Below are positions 34,411-48,070 of a stretch of DNA of 64,000 nucleotides, one piece after another. A model generated the notes under the pieces. The model was not told the DNA's origin. It was given only the letters and a program-made list of their open reading frames with translations, and searched no databases. The translations under genes and the position numbers were made by a program. Origin of the DNA: Podarcis filfolensis (Eukaryota); the NCBI GenBank assembly GCA_964270895.1, contig OZ185435.1; one strand, written 5' to 3'. How positions within the stretch are numbered: the stretch's first letter is position 1; each line of letters opens with the position of its first letter.

Positions 34411-34939
34411 AAAACAAACAATGTACCTAAAGGAAAGATGACTTTGTATTGATTCTCCATTCAGAACTACTCACTTAAGATCAAGTGGCCTCGAGGTTCC
34501 CAGTGCCTTAACTCTTTTTTTTGTTTTGTTTTCCAGCAGAGGATTGCTTCATGTAAAGGAATGTGTTCCTATGTATTCTCAGTTTTAGGTTTTCACTCCC
34601 AAGTGTAACATGCAATTAAATTACATAGAATAGATTCTCCCTCATGTGCTTTGTCATATAAAAAACAAGTACTAGTTGCACCTTACATGCTCAAAAGTGC
34701 ATGTTGAAAATCACATTATTATGGATGCAATGCTAGTGATTTATGTAGGTGTAAACGTTATTAGGACGAACCAAAGTGATGCAAGAGAGTGTGCAAGCAT
34801 TTGAGTTCTGCAGAACACTGTTTTGACATTTAGGTCCTTGTCAAACTGAAATGTTCTTAATGAGACAACATGGCTTCCTGTCCTTTTTGTATGTCTATGT
34901 AATGTGTAGGTGAGACTGCTATGTCTACCAGAAGATTAG

Positions 34940-34945
34940 AATAAA
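34940..34945 (+). terminator. Candidate FANCF polyadenylation signal AATAAA
   Basis: First AATAAA I noticed downstream of the stop codon, about 530 nt away; use unverified. Confidence 0.3.
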
Positions 34946-35866
34946 GATTTGCATCCTGAATTCTGGAGCAATCACAAATTGTTACAAAATTACCCAGCAC
35001 TAGACATTTTTAAAAGCTCACACAAGTAGTACTCTGCATGTTGATAAACTGTGGACATTGCTATGTAGGCTCTGCTATTGAGCTTGTGAATCTTGGCTAG
35101 ACATAGGGAGGAATATTTACCTGAGGTAGTTGTATTTCCCAGTCAGTTATCAGCAACTTAATCAGTATTCATGACTTAACTGACTCATATTTTGGTTGTC
35201 AGCAGTGATATAGGTGAAGAACCTCTTGTAAAACATACTGTGGCAGTGTGAAGTGTGTCTCCTGTCAATGCTCTTCTACAAATACAAAACACTGATTTGT
35301 TTTGACATATTGTATTGGATAGGTCCACTTAAGAGATTTCCTCTTACGTCCATAGAGTAGCCACATGTGGGCCCATAGTCTTTTTCACTGTTTTGTTTTT
35401 GTTTTGTTTTTTTGGTGACCATAGCCAATTGAGTCCAGAACTTCAACATTCAGTAAACTAAAAATGAGGCTATTGCTACCACATATGTGTGTTCATGTGT
35501 AATTTGCATGATTATTGCCTATATTTAAGGGGTCTTTGTGTAGAAATCGTTACGATCCTTGATTTTCCTTGTATTGTTGATGGTCTGCAGTTGCAATATT
35601 GGAAAATATCCCTGCTTGTTAGGCTGGTCAGGAAGTCTTTCCTTGCTTGGTTCTAGTTGCTTAAAATTATAAATACTTGTTCCTAATTATGTCTTTATTA
35701 TAATACAACTTTGAATTTCCATGTAATAATCTGACTTCTATGGATAGGTCCGATGCAGTGGTCTCAAACTGATATATGCATTAATAGTAACACAGCAGAG
35801 ACTGGTCACATCATTCAGGTTTTCAAGCTCTACATTAAACATTTGCCATGTACATCTGAAATTTGT

Positions 35867-35982
35867 GGGTGGTATTTGACTCATTTTTACTCAATAGACC
35901 CATTGAAATTTGTGAACGTGACTATGTTAGGGTTATTAATTTCAATGGATCTACTCTAAGTAAAATCAGTAGAATACCACCC
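35867..35982. mobile_element. Palindromic PIF/Harbinger-like MITE, 116 bp
   Basis: TIR GGGTGGTATT / AATACCACCC extending as an imperfect hairpin (ttttactcaatagacccattgaaatt vs aatttcaatggatctactctaagtaaaa); 3-bp duplication TGT; relative at about 45505-45610. Confidence 0.65.
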
Positions 35983-36875
35983 TGTGTATATAATAGATAT
36001 TAAGCCAATGCTATTTGAATTGTACTCTCTGTGTGAGGAAAGATGGGTAGAAATTAAACAAAACCTGTATTTTTGAGCTACAAAAAGGAACCATCTAAGT
36101 ACGAGAAATTATTAGTGTAGAACTGGTTCCAATCAATTTCTTATGTATAGTGGCAAAAGTGCAGAAGTTCTCAAAGCAGAATGTAACCATTTTGTGTCTA
36201 CTTATGCCCAATGATTTGTTGCCTTTGTTGTATTTGTGCCAATAGAAGGAATACATATGTGTTAACTTGGAATAGACAGAAGTTGACTTTTTTGAATCCA
36301 AGTAATGAGATTAGAAATAAATGCTGTAAGCCTTATACTCCTATAGTGACGTATCTTTGTCCACTATCAGAACATGCCTGACAGAAGTCTTGGGCTGCCA
36401 TTCCCTCTTGGGCACTCCACAAAAATACTTTCTTGTTCTTGGGAAACCATATTTTGTTTCAGTATCCGAGCCAACAAACTACTCTGTCTTGCAAATAGAA
36501 GAAGGCTTATCATAGTCACACTTTCATAAGGGCTAATCAAATAGTACTCAGTAGGGTTTACTTATGAGTAAATATACATGTTGCTCTGTGGTTCACTGAT
36601 GCATATCAGTGCTTTACTTTTTGAAAGTGTTCCATTATAGCTGCTGTTTCACATTGGATCTATTCAGCATCCCTAAGCATGTTCACTTAAAAAAAGAAGA
36701 GAAGTTTCGCTGAGTTCAGTGGGACACAGTCCCCTGGTATAAGTTTGCAGCTTTGGTGCTTTATCAATCTATTGGAGATTTGGTTAAAGTTGTGGCAATT
36801 TCAGGTATGGCCAGTTCGCTTTCTTTGGCATAAATCCTAGATTTAAAGCTACTCTGATCATTTCAGTTAGTGCCA

Positions 36876-36912
<37 letters not shown>

Positions 36913-37544
36913 TGCTGAGCTTGTAAAGAAGTCTCACTGCAGTTGTAACACTATGGAAAGGTTACATAGCTATCAACCCACAGAGCTATGAGTTCAATAC
37001 AGTTGCTAATTTGTTGGCTTCAAAAAAGCACTAATTAAGTATGATGTTATTAAAAATAGTTTTCTAGCCTTGAGTGCAGAATATTAGAGGATTAGCAATG
37101 CAATTCTATTCGTGGGTTTACTCCCAGGTAAGTGTAGCCTAAGCCTTTTTATTCTGCCATACCACCATGTCAGAAGCCATAACATGATCCCTTAAAGAAT
37201 CATTCTGAAGAACAGGAAGCTGCCTCATACCTAATCGGGCCATTGGTCCCTCTAGGTCAGTATTGTATTGTCTACACCAGGAGTCAGGAATCTTTTGCAG
37301 CCCAAGGGCTGCATTTCCTTCTACACAACTTTGTGAGGGACACATGCCAGTGCTGGATGGGGCCAGAGACAAGAGTGGTTAGTTTCTTCACATGCAGTAG
37401 GTTAGTTTCTTCACATGTACTCTCTATCCAGGCAAGCAATAGGCATTATTGGAGTTTGATAACATATTCCAGCCACATCAAAACACTTGGCATGCAAAGC
37501 AGGGTCCAGAAGGGGTGTAACCTGGGAAGAATTCCAAGGGCCAG

Positions 37545-37685
37545 TTAGGCAGCCCTGGTCTGCACTGGTAGCACTCTCCAAGGTTTCAAGTAGGAGACTT
37601 TACCAGCTGTGTCTAGAGATGCTGGGGATTGGACCAGGGACCTTCAGCTTGCAAAGCAGATGCTCTTACCATGGAGCTACAGCCA
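37545..37685 (-). mobile_element. Squam3-like short tRNA SINE (further 3' fragment at about 37205-37290)
   Basis: Reverse complement ggctgtagctccatggtaagagcatctgctttgcaagctgaaggtccctggtccaatccccagcatctct. Confidence 0.7.
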
Positions 37686-39244
37686 TTCCAGCTAAATAAT
37701 TCCATCACTTATTTCTAGCAAAGTGGTATGTTTGGGTTGTGTGTAAAATGCACACATGCATAAATTTTATAGGTTAGTAAATTCATTAATTTCTTATTAA
37801 TGTAAATGGTTTAGGTTGGAACAATTGATTTCTCTTGGGCTTTAATTGGATATGATCAATCGTGAATCACAAGTGAAACAACAAGGTCATTCATCAGCTG
37901 CTTAATGTTGTAATGGGCTATGCTTGCCCTTTCAGCTGAGAAAAGATGGAGAGCCCTAAGGGAATGAGATTTAAATTATCGTGCTGCTGACAATTAAATG
38001 TGTGTACTGCTGTCTCTTACAGCCTCATTAGTCTTAATACTGGGGTGAAAGCTGCTGAGTTCAGAACGGGTCCATAATATGTTATGAGAGCTTTGTAATT
38101 TTATTCTGCGTTTTTAGAAGTTGAATCTCCCTTATGCTTATCATGTAACAACTACAGGGAAGATAAAAAGCAAATCCATGATGCACCAAAACAACTGGTA
38201 TAAACTGATGGTTTGGGCTGGCTTACTTTTATGGCACCATATCTACTTTGAACTCTGCATGTATGTGCTTTAAACCTGCAAACAGAACAGTGAAGAAGTG
38301 ACATCCCACTATCCTATCCATATTAGAGATAAGAATAGATTCATACCAAAGCAAAACTGTTGGGCTGTTTCCACTACAGGACAGAGCAGGCAGAATCACA
38401 TACATTCCTTCTCTGCAGCCATAGATGCAAGCACATATTATTTCCATTGGTAGGAAAGTTCCTCTTTACCAGATCATTTCTCCCCCTTTGGGGCAGGAAT
38501 CAGACTCCTGGCAGGGCTAAAGTCTACATACCTTAGAAGCCTCTCCTTTTCTCCACACCTCCCACATTCTGCTTGTGTTTTCTGATGAATCTCTCCCCTG
38601 GACTATCATCATAGCTGCAGTTAGCCAAACCATCATGAAGGAAGCTGCTTTGCACATGGCATGGGACATGCGATTTATTTCTAACTAAAGTGCCTAAAAT
38701 CTAGACACTGTAAAAAAAATAGAATGCAATGGAATCTCTCTTAGCAAGCCTACAATCTTAAATAAAACCAGACACAGGAGGGTGCAGAAAGCAAGAAGGA
38801 ATGAAGGAGAACAGGTTGCCAATAGTTTGACCACAATAAGAGCGCAAAAATAACATTGAGATGTTAACAAACAGCATTCCTTTAGGGAAGTGGCTGGGCT
38901 GCTGTGTTTTAGGTGTAGGTAAGAGAATCAAGTATGTTCAGCAATGGAACTTAATCCATGACCGTAGTATGAGAGATTGTGACTTGGCCAGTCTACTTCA
39001 CAGGGTTGTGATGATAAGTTGTTATTGTGGGTATGCCACCCTCAGTTTGGAGGAAGGGAGACGTACAAATCTGACAAATAAATGTACTGGGCTGCAACAG
39101 GACAAACCTTTCTACTGCTAGATGATGTAGAACTTTATTTTCGCCTCCATATCCTTGTGAACATTCCATATCTTTGTGAACATCCTAAAGTGCCCATTTC
39201 ATTTCAAAATATCTCTGAGAAAGCTAAGGATGTTCCAGTGTAAC

Positions 39245-39245
<1 letters not shown>

Positions 39246-39298
<53 letters not shown>
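39246..39298. repeat. (GA)n microsatellite
   Basis: Direct reading. Confidence 0.95.
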
Positions 39299-39299
<1 letters not shown>

Positions 39300-39904
39300 C
39301 TGAGGACATCCTCTTGTGCATCAAGTGCAAGCAGTGGGAGCATGGTATCCATGTGAGAGAACCATTCTGGGTTGCTTATTTTCCAAGTCTGACATGACAT
39401 AGCAATTTGGGAAAATAATTAGTGGATTATTCTAGTGGTATGCAAATAGGGATTCACAAAGTGTGGTCTGTAGACCACAAGTGGGCCATGTTTTTCATTC
39501 AGGTGGTCCACTGTAGAGGAGCTATGTGCAGGTGAAGGATGGGGAGCACAGCAACTGTTCCATCATTCCTGGATCCAGCGGAATGCCTGGAAAGTGGGTG
39601 GAAAGAACTGGAAGTGGCAGAGAGAGGAGGCTCATGCATCCTCAGAGGAATAAAACCACAGCTGGCCGCATAACACTGAAAGGTCTCAAGCAGGAGGGAA
39701 AGGCTGACATGACACTTAAAAAGAGGAAAAAATCAATACATACTTAAGCATCTTGCACAGTGCAGTACAATGGCTAAACAGGCAGAAAATCATCATGTGG
39801 TCCACCAAGTCCCTCTGCAATTTTCATGTGGTCAGTTGGGGGGGGCACCACTGATGTAGAGCATTTCTTTAGCTTATCATTTCTTAAGCTATTCAATGCT
39901 ATTG

Positions 39905-40615
39905 TTAGCATCCACCTGCCTCAAGAGACAATAGAATGTGCCTCTATTTCAGTCAAGCCACTGAATTAGCATCACTGAAATGACCTCCCTGGAGTGCAAG
40001 CCTGAGCAGTGTGTATGGAGGTCATGGTAAAGGTAAAGGTAAGGGACCCCTGGATGGTTAAGTCCAGTCAAAGGTGACTAGGGAGTTGCAGTGCTCATCT
40101 CGCTTTTAGGCTGAAGGAGCTGGTGTTTGTCCCCAGACAGCTTCTGGGTCATGTGGCCAGCATGACTAAACCACTTCTGCTGCAACGGAACAGAGCTCAC
40201 GGAAATGCCATTTACCTTCCCTCCGCAGAGGTACCTATTTATCTACTTGCACTGGTGTGCTTTCGAACTGCTAGGTTGGCAGGTGCTGGGACAGAGCAAA
40301 GGGAGCTCACCCCATTGTGCAGATTCGAACTGCTGACCTTCTGATCAGCAAGCCCAAGAAGCTCAGTGGTTTAGACCACTGCGCCACCTGCTCCCCTAGA
40401 GGTGCCACCCACTCCCCAGACAACAAGACCTCCCTCTCAGCTGCGTGGATGTGCTCCAAAGGAAAGCAGAGCAATACATTTGGTACCAGCTTGGCTGCAG
40501 GAGTTGCCAGAAGGAGACGTACAAGGCACCATCGAAGTGTGTTAGGGACTCCACCCTGGATTCGTGTAGGGTTTACTCCTGAGCCTTTTCTTCCCCTAAA
40601 GATACCCAACTGGAC
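39905..40615 (-). mobile_element. Retrotransposon fragment (probably an RTE-type LINE 5' region) interrupted by a Sauria SINE
   Basis: caagagacaatagaatgtgcctc...gcaagcctgagcagtgtgtatggagg [SINE] cccagacaacaagacc...ccaaaggaaagcagagcaatac...tagggactccac; family and strand from recall. Confidence 0.45.
40027..40393 (-). mobile_element. Sauria SINE, full length
   Basis: taaaggtaaaggtaagggacccc tail, body and tRNA-like head as at 20230. Confidence 0.9.
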
Positions 40616-40737
40616 AGTGCTATTAACTATTTTAAAATGTTATTGCCTCTTCAAGCAATTGTAGTTTTTTGAGGATGGGGGTAAAGTGAATAACTAAACT
40701 TCAATGCAAGACTGCAGCAGCATCATTTTTATTAAGA

Positions 40738-40880
40738 CCATAAGAAAATCCCTGCTGGCTCAGGCCAGAGGTCCATCTAGTCCAGCATCCTGTTCTCACA
40801 GTGGGCAAGCAGATGCCTGTGTGAAGCCAGCAAGCCAAACCTGACCTCTCCCTGCTTGTGATTCCCAGGAACTGGTATTT
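40738..40880 (-). mobile_element. CR1-type LINE 3' end
   Basis: cataagaaaatccctgctggctcaggcc...catctagtccagcatcctgttctcacagtgg; opposite-strand copy at about 48270-48395. Confidence 0.65.
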
Positions 40881-42098
40881 ATTCTCTGAGGCTGCAATCT
40901 TAGATCAATTTTCCTGGGACTAAGCCCCATTTAACTCCATGGGATTTATTTCTAAGTACCCATGTACAGAACTGCACTGTAATTTGATCATAATCTGGTT
41001 GCTGGATTTAAGAGAGGCGGTGTTGCTCCATACTGTGACAGGTCTGTGTTAACCTTCTCCCAGAATAAGAACTGATGGCATGGCTTACATCATTAGGAGA
41101 ATAATGTGACAGGCACCAAGCACATTGTTGGAATGATGAGATAGGTTTAGGTGGAGGAATGGCTAATTTGCTGGAAGTGCATGAGACGTCTTGCAAGTCG
41201 ACATAGATAGGGATGCATCTGGATTTACTATAATAGCCAAAGCAAATGGCAAGCGTGCCCCTTTTATTAATTGCAAGAGAGGAACACACTGGATCCTGTG
41301 CATGACACCAGCAAATTGGTCCCAGTAGTATCTGTTATTTTACTCTGTCATTATAGCCTCTAGCAAAGACACTATATTTGAGCAGTGTATGGTATCTGCA
41401 ACCTATTAAGGATGCTGTTCCCTTATTTTATAGTTTAGTTCCATGAATACACTTCTCCAGCAGAAGATCATTTACCGCTGAAACTTTGGAACACAGAATT
41501 TTTAAAGTGCAATTACTTTTGGTTTATGAGCCAGCTGTTGTGGGGTGGGGGAAGGGAAAAGATTAGGTTGTTTTTGTTTTTCGATTTACATTAACCCTGC
41601 AGTTCATCCTATACGACTTGCTCTTTCAGCACCAAGAGGAATTGAATTTAGATTTACAATGTGTAACCTATTAATATATGTGCAGGGCATAATCTCCTAA
41701 TGCTCGCATATATTTTTAGTTGTGTGTGATGGTTTTAAGAATCTTGACTTTAATGGTAGTGAAGTGTAGTATTAAACCCTTTATTTATGTGAGGCCATGC
41801 AATTTCTATTTAGGGTCCCCCCCCCACTCCCCAATCTGTTACTTTGCTGTGATGGATTGATGTGAATTGCATGCAAAGCCGCAAGTCCTTTATTTAAAAT
41901 ATTTTAATTTAATATCTAAGTGAACCGTGTGCCATGGAATATGAATGCTTTAGTTTAAGGATGATGTGTATCATGAAAAATTACAACCCACTCTATTTAT
42001 ACATATGTAAGTCAAAAAGATACTAAAGTCTCAAAACTATATCTGCTCAGCCCCAGATGCAGTTAACCATGCAGTATAGCAATATAAATTATGCTTTA

Positions 42099-42240
42099 GA
42101 ACCGTAGCTCAGTGGTAGAGCATATGCTTTCCATCTCTGGGTAGCGTTGGGAGAGTCCTACTGGAAACTCTGGAGAATCGCAGCTTGTCAGTGATAACAC
42201 TGAGGCAGATGGACTAAATGGCCTGATTCAGTATCAGGTA
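42099..42240 (+). mobile_element. Squam3-like short tRNA SINE (internally deleted)
   Basis: gtagctcagtggtagagcatatgcttt...ctctggagaa...gatggactaaatggcctgattcagtat. Confidence 0.7.
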
Positions 42241-43299
42241 ACAATCTGTGTTCCATTGCTTATGTTGATTCTATGGCATAGTTATTCCTATACATTTTAA
42301 CCAAATTCTATGTCGATGCCATTGCATCATTGTAACTGTACCACTTGTGTATTGCCAGAAGCCATATGGGAACTTTCCTCCAATCAGTAACTTGCTTCCA
42401 AACAATGATGTGGGACTGTTTGTTTCATAATCTTCTGCACCCAACTCAAATTTCCACAGGAGAAGTTGAACGTTTGAAACTTGCATGCATTAAGTGACTG
42501 CTTGTGATAATTTTTAGGGGTGTGCATCAGCTCTGTGAATACCTCCAAGAATGAAGCAAAGCTTTTTTCACTGCCACCAGTGCTATGCAGTAGGCACAGA
42601 TATGTTGGGTCTGTGTTTGGGCATATTCATCCTGAGAGATGTTTCATTGGAGCATTGGAGAGGACACCTGGGAGAGATCCTGTCAAGAGCATAAATAGGA
42701 GTATTGACTGTGTCAGGTGAATAATCCTCCAGGGTATTCAAGAATCCATGAGATTCCCTAAGTCTCTGAGGGCAGGCCAGCTAAACAGTCCCTCATCCCT
42801 GCAGTGGGGTGCCACTATTGTCAAACGAAACCTTATCAGGCAATGGTTTATTCTTGACAACAATGGAGTACAGCCTTCACACCCTGTGACAAGAACAAGA
42901 TCAAAGTTGGGCCTTTGATGTACTGAAACAGCTCCATGGTTGTTATGGAGACACAGGGAGATGTGTCATTGCAAATTGCTTGACCATTTCATTGTGGGGA
43001 TCCTGGTTACATTTGCCTCTGAGGAATTCTGAGTATAAATGTTGGAGAAGTTCTAGTGTGCACTTCTGGAATTATCTCATCTTTGATCACTATGAGAGGT
43101 CCATTCTTTTTTGTTTCCAAGTCTTTTCCTCGTCAACTTAGTCCATTACTTGGGAACAAATGCATCTGGTAGCAAGGTCCATGAGCATTCTGCTTGTAAG
43201 TTAGAGATTTCTCATGTGGAGAAAGCTCTTCCTCTGCAAATTTGGTTTACCCTCAGAAGCAAAATGTCTCCTGTCATCCCACTGATCTGAAAGACAACA

Positions 43300-43352
43300 T
43301 TTGGTTTGGACTAGGTGACCCTCAGGGTCCCTTCCAACTCTACAGTTCATTG
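43300..43352 (+). mobile_element. CR1-type tail fragment
   Basis: ttggactaggtgaccctcagggtcccttccaactctac. Confidence 0.65.
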
Positions 43353-46188
43353 ATTTTATAAAGCATTTGATGGCTTTGTTCAGCATTGGCCTAGAAACAA
43401 CTGCTCAAATTATCACAGCCCCTGAAAATGCTGTCGGATGTCAGATGTTTACTTCTAAAGGACGGGTGGGCAAACTGTGGCCTTCCACAGTTGAACTACA
43501 ACTTCCATTAATCCTTGGCAGCATTGCCAATAGTCAAGGAAGTAAGAGTTGTGGTTCAGCATTATCCTCCTCTTAAGGCATATTTCTTGGTCATTATCAA
43601 TTGAGAAACAATCCCTGAAACCTTGTTTCTGTAGTTAATACCAGGGGTAACAGTTGAATCATTCAGTTATAGTTCTTTGAACTTACTGGATCGTGGTTTC
43701 CTACGCATTAAGTGCTGGTGATTTTACTGTGAATCTTGCAGAATTTGTAGAAACAATGTGTTCCTGTACTTTACAGTAGAATTCCCAAAAGCTTGCAATG
43801 TCTTGATAATTTGGATGGGAAAACTCCAGCCTGTGGGCAGATGCAGTCCTTGAAGATTCCCACCTTGAGATCTGGCAGGATTCTTCCTGGGGAAAAAGAG
43901 TGGGAACACAACATGCTTTACAAAGCTGAAAACTCAGCCCATATCTCAAGTGCTGTTTGTTGCCTTGAGCCCCATAATTTCATCCAATGTTGAATGTGAA
44001 ATGATGGCAGCCTATAACTATTAAAAAGGGGTGGGGAATAGATACCTTATATGTATGTATACATCATTAAAATTACAGGGAAATATGCACAGACCCGTAA
44101 ATCTCGCCTCAGCCAGGTCCCTATTCTTCTGGCTCCGTTTTGTTGAAAAGTAATTAACTTTACATCACGGCAGTAGAAAATAGTAGCTTTTCAGCTACAA
44201 TGAAATGTTTAAATCAGAAAGATTTATGAGGCCCTGGGAATTAGTGGCACATTATGGCACTGAACTGAAAGGGTGACCTGCCCTGAAGGAATATAGAGAA
44301 GTAATAATGTTCTGGTCTCATCTGTCAAAGAAGTGTAGCAGACATTTCTTTTATATATATATATTCTTTATTTAAATTTTCAGAATAGAACAACATATGA
44401 ATAGCAAAAGATATGCAGTGTGTGGTGCTGTTGGCAATATGATACAGCCCTGTTGATGTCATATTACATTTCTGGCTTATTTTGTGAGTTGCCTGTTACC
44501 ATTCCAGATTGGAGAACACAGGAAAAACAGTCTTTGGAAATCTCTACACAGTTCAGATTCCATGGCTTTCCTGTTATTGTTTGACTTATTTATATATACT
44601 ATGGATACCTAATTGTTGTTAATGTGTCTGCATGTCCTCCCCTGCTCCCCACCTTCAGTATCCAAAAATTGAGAGCAAGTTTCTCCAATAAGGGCATTTG
44701 CCACAATTTAGCATATCACTGAACTAGTTTTGCTCCTGTTAAATCCTGCCAAAAGTGACCCGCTTGCAGCCACCAACATATGTCCTCTCAAGATTTTCTG
44801 TAGAAAGATCAACAGTGCCTGCTGCAGTGCTTTAATATTTTTGCCACACCTGTATTAAGATAGCTGACAAGGATCACTTTTTAGGTCTATAGATATTTTG
44901 TAGGTCAACAGATCCGAAGTGTAAATCTTCCAGTGTATCTTGAGGCTGCCAAATATTGAGCTTCTGGTAGTGCTAGTCAGCCTGTTGTCATCTTCTGATG
45001 GCAGACTTTGTCCAATATTGTTCCTTTTGCTCATGATGAAGTTATGAAATGAGCTAGCTGACCAGCCTATCTTAGTAAAGTACAGCAGTATCATGCGCAC
45101 GGCTATTTAATGACTGCACTGTTACACATTTCCTGCTATATTTTATTAGCTTGAAGGTGCTGCACATTCTAGTTTGTAAGGTTATGATTTTCAGATTTGT
45201 TTTGTTACACTGCATTTGATATTGGTTTTGTAATATAATTATAAACAGATTAGATTTTTTATCTGTCTATTGGTTTTCAGTGCTTTTATTGCTTTTTCTT
45301 TACTCCCACTGTGTCACTATTTGAGACAAGCAACACAATTCCCTCCTCTAGTGTTCCTATGCAGTTTTGTATGCCATCTTCAAAGGCTGTGTACATGTAT
45401 GTAATGCTTAGGGAGAGGATGAGTGTCTCCAAAAGCCCCCAGGGGTCCCATATACAATCAGTACCAATTATCCCAAATAGATGGCACAACATTGAGAATT
45501 GTATCCAATTAATCAGAGTAGGCCTACTGAAATCAATGAACCAAAGTGAAACATGCCCAGTAATTCCAGTGGGTCTACTCTGAGTAGGATTATCTTTGGA
45601 TATAACAATTATTTTACTATTACGTATTTAGTGCCAAATTGTTAGAGATTTTGTTTAATCCCTAACAAAATACCACCCATAATCCTTTCCTATCTGTCAA
45701 GAGTGTGTGCATATCTTGAGGAAGGCAATTTTTATATTCCTTTTTAAAAAGAAAAATCTTTGGCCTGTTTCACTTGTGCACTCAGCAATTAAGACATTTC
45801 CTTTTTGCAGTTATTTGACCATGTATTCCATAGTTGATTACCTTCTGATTAAAAAGCTTAAATTTGGCCTTTGATACATCTGAACAGTTTCAAAGACATG
45901 ATGATTATGGATTTCAGTGGCAGAGAAAATTACTTTATCATAATGTCTGAAGCTTGAAACTGAGGAAATGTAATTACTTGTGGGAGCTTTAGGGATAACA
46001 CAGCTTCAACTACCTACAAAACTGCTCACATGCTGTCCTCTGGAGAGAGAAGTTCAGGGAATTGTATATTCTCACAACTCCAGATGGCATAATTTTCCTC
46101 TTAAATTGCAGTTTTGTGGATTTGAGGTTTGCTTATGGCTTACATAACATGGGTGATAATAGCATAAAAGCACTCTTTTCTGGTTGTG

Positions 46189-46191
<3 letters not shown>

Positions 46192-46233
<42 letters not shown>
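46192..46233. repeat. (CA)n microsatellite
   Basis: Direct reading. Confidence 0.95.
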
Positions 46234-46236
<3 letters not shown>

Positions 46237-46354
46237 TAATGATTGACCATAAGCAACTTGGAGGACCCAGGAGTCACAGTGTTCAGTTCTCCATGTCATC
46301 TGTTGGGGGAGCCAGAGAATCTCCCGATGCCATGTAATGGCTTAGAGAAATAGG

Positions 46355-46500
46355 GCAGATCCACACCATACATTTAAAGCTCATGGCTCCCCTCAAAAAA
46401 TCTTGGGAACTGTAGTTTGCTAAGGATCTTGGAAATTGTAGCTCTGTGAGGGGAAACGTGCTTCAAATGTGCACGGGATGTGCTTTAAATGTATGGTGCC
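46355..46500. mobile_element. PIF/Harbinger-type MITE (family of 893-1075)
   Basis: gggcagatccacaccatacatttaaagc...cttgggaactgtagtttg...gctttaaatgtatggtg. Confidence 0.6.
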
Positions 46501-48070
46501 TATACAGTGGGACAAGTCATACAATGTAGCATGACATTTCCTTACCCCCTTACCATTCTTTAACTTGGATTTGTCCTTTATTAGACTACTATATATTAGA
46601 GACCTGTTTTGTATTGGTTTATTCTTTGACTTGCATAGGCATACTCTTCCCCACACACTTCCAATTCTTGTTTGAGCATGTTGTATAATGGAATACATGG
46701 ATTAGGTCTAGCTACAGAAAATGTTAAGGCTGAAAACCATTTCCAGATTGCTTGATTCCAAGCAATATTCAAGGTAGCACTTTATCTGAAAACATAATGA
46801 AGGACAATTCTATTCATACTTGATGACTGATTGGAGGTTTGCAATAGTAATGCCTTTTCAGCTAGAGAACAGAGAGCCTATCTGTTGAAGGATTTCTTCT
46901 CATAAAGACTTGCATTTTTGAGAGTTTGTATAATATCACCCTCCTAATTGAGTATCATAAACCTGTATGAAGGTTGCTTTTTGTTATCAAGTTCCAAAAG
47001 CTTTCATAATCTTGTGCCCCTCTAGCATTTTGCTTACAAGGTCCTCCTGGGCAGAAAATTAAATGGTGGATGGACTCTCTTGTATAACGAAGGTTCTGAA
47101 CCGCAACTTCTTACACTTAATTCATACAGTACGTAGAACAGAAATACCTTTTCCTGTGTCTGCAGTTTTGTATAATGTTACTTTTAAATTCATTATCCAT
47201 GCTTTGAATATTTGCTACCAATGCTATGCAGTGCTATACTAAACACAGCCATTGTGATTAATGTATACACTAAAACTAAAACAAATCTCTCTATTGTGTA
47301 CCAAAAAAAAAAAAGTCAAGTTATTTGTATTTTCTTTGTTGGAAGCTGTCTTGTAAAAGTTTAACCTTAAAGGCATCCTCAGAATATGTTAAATAATCAA
47401 ATAATGCCTTCAAGGTATCACAAATATAATTCTTGTTATATGTGCCCCATTGTCCCATACCCCCAAACAATGAGCAATCCTGGGTTAGCACTATGGGATT
47501 GGGTTTCCTTTGAATGGGAGAGTGATGCATTGAAACATATGGGATCTTTGGAGGGGAGACAAAGGGTTAACGCCCCCCTGCCAGGTTTGCAATTCAGATC
47601 AGCTATTTGCGAGGTATGGCTGTGTGGATCTGCACATAAGGATGGAGATGCATTATTAGCCTATCCAAAGCTAAGACTCCAGCTAAATGCATCACTCTCC
47701 ATCTGCCTACCACCAAGTTCAAATTTTAAAAATTTGCTTTTATCCTGTTATCATCTTCAGATAACTAGATGGTGTCACAATATCTTCAGTCCCCCTCCCC
47801 TTTATTTATTTAGGTTGCAATGACAGAAGAAATTCCCAACCACCAAGGCACATTTCTGTTCTTTTGCTAAAGTCTTTGGCATGGCTAGCCCTACCACAAG
47901 GCAGTTGCTTCAGGTGCCTAATGCTGAAAGGCAAGGGGTGGACAGAGCTGTGTGTGCCATGTGGCCTGCCCGGTGCCCCCTAAGCTGAGTTCTTGGCCTC
48001 AGAAGCATTGGGGCAGGCTGCTCTACTGCCAGTGGCAAAGTAAGAGTCCTCTGCCCACCTGGTTGCTTTT

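Noticed and set aside
33418-34460. Antisense ORFs of 126 and 125 aa over FANCF
   Set aside because: Expected by-product of very high GC content; no recognisable domain
42099-42135. tRNA genes (here and at other SINE heads, e.g. 6545, 60850)
   Set aside because: A/B boxes present but no complete cloverleaf; these are SINE heads
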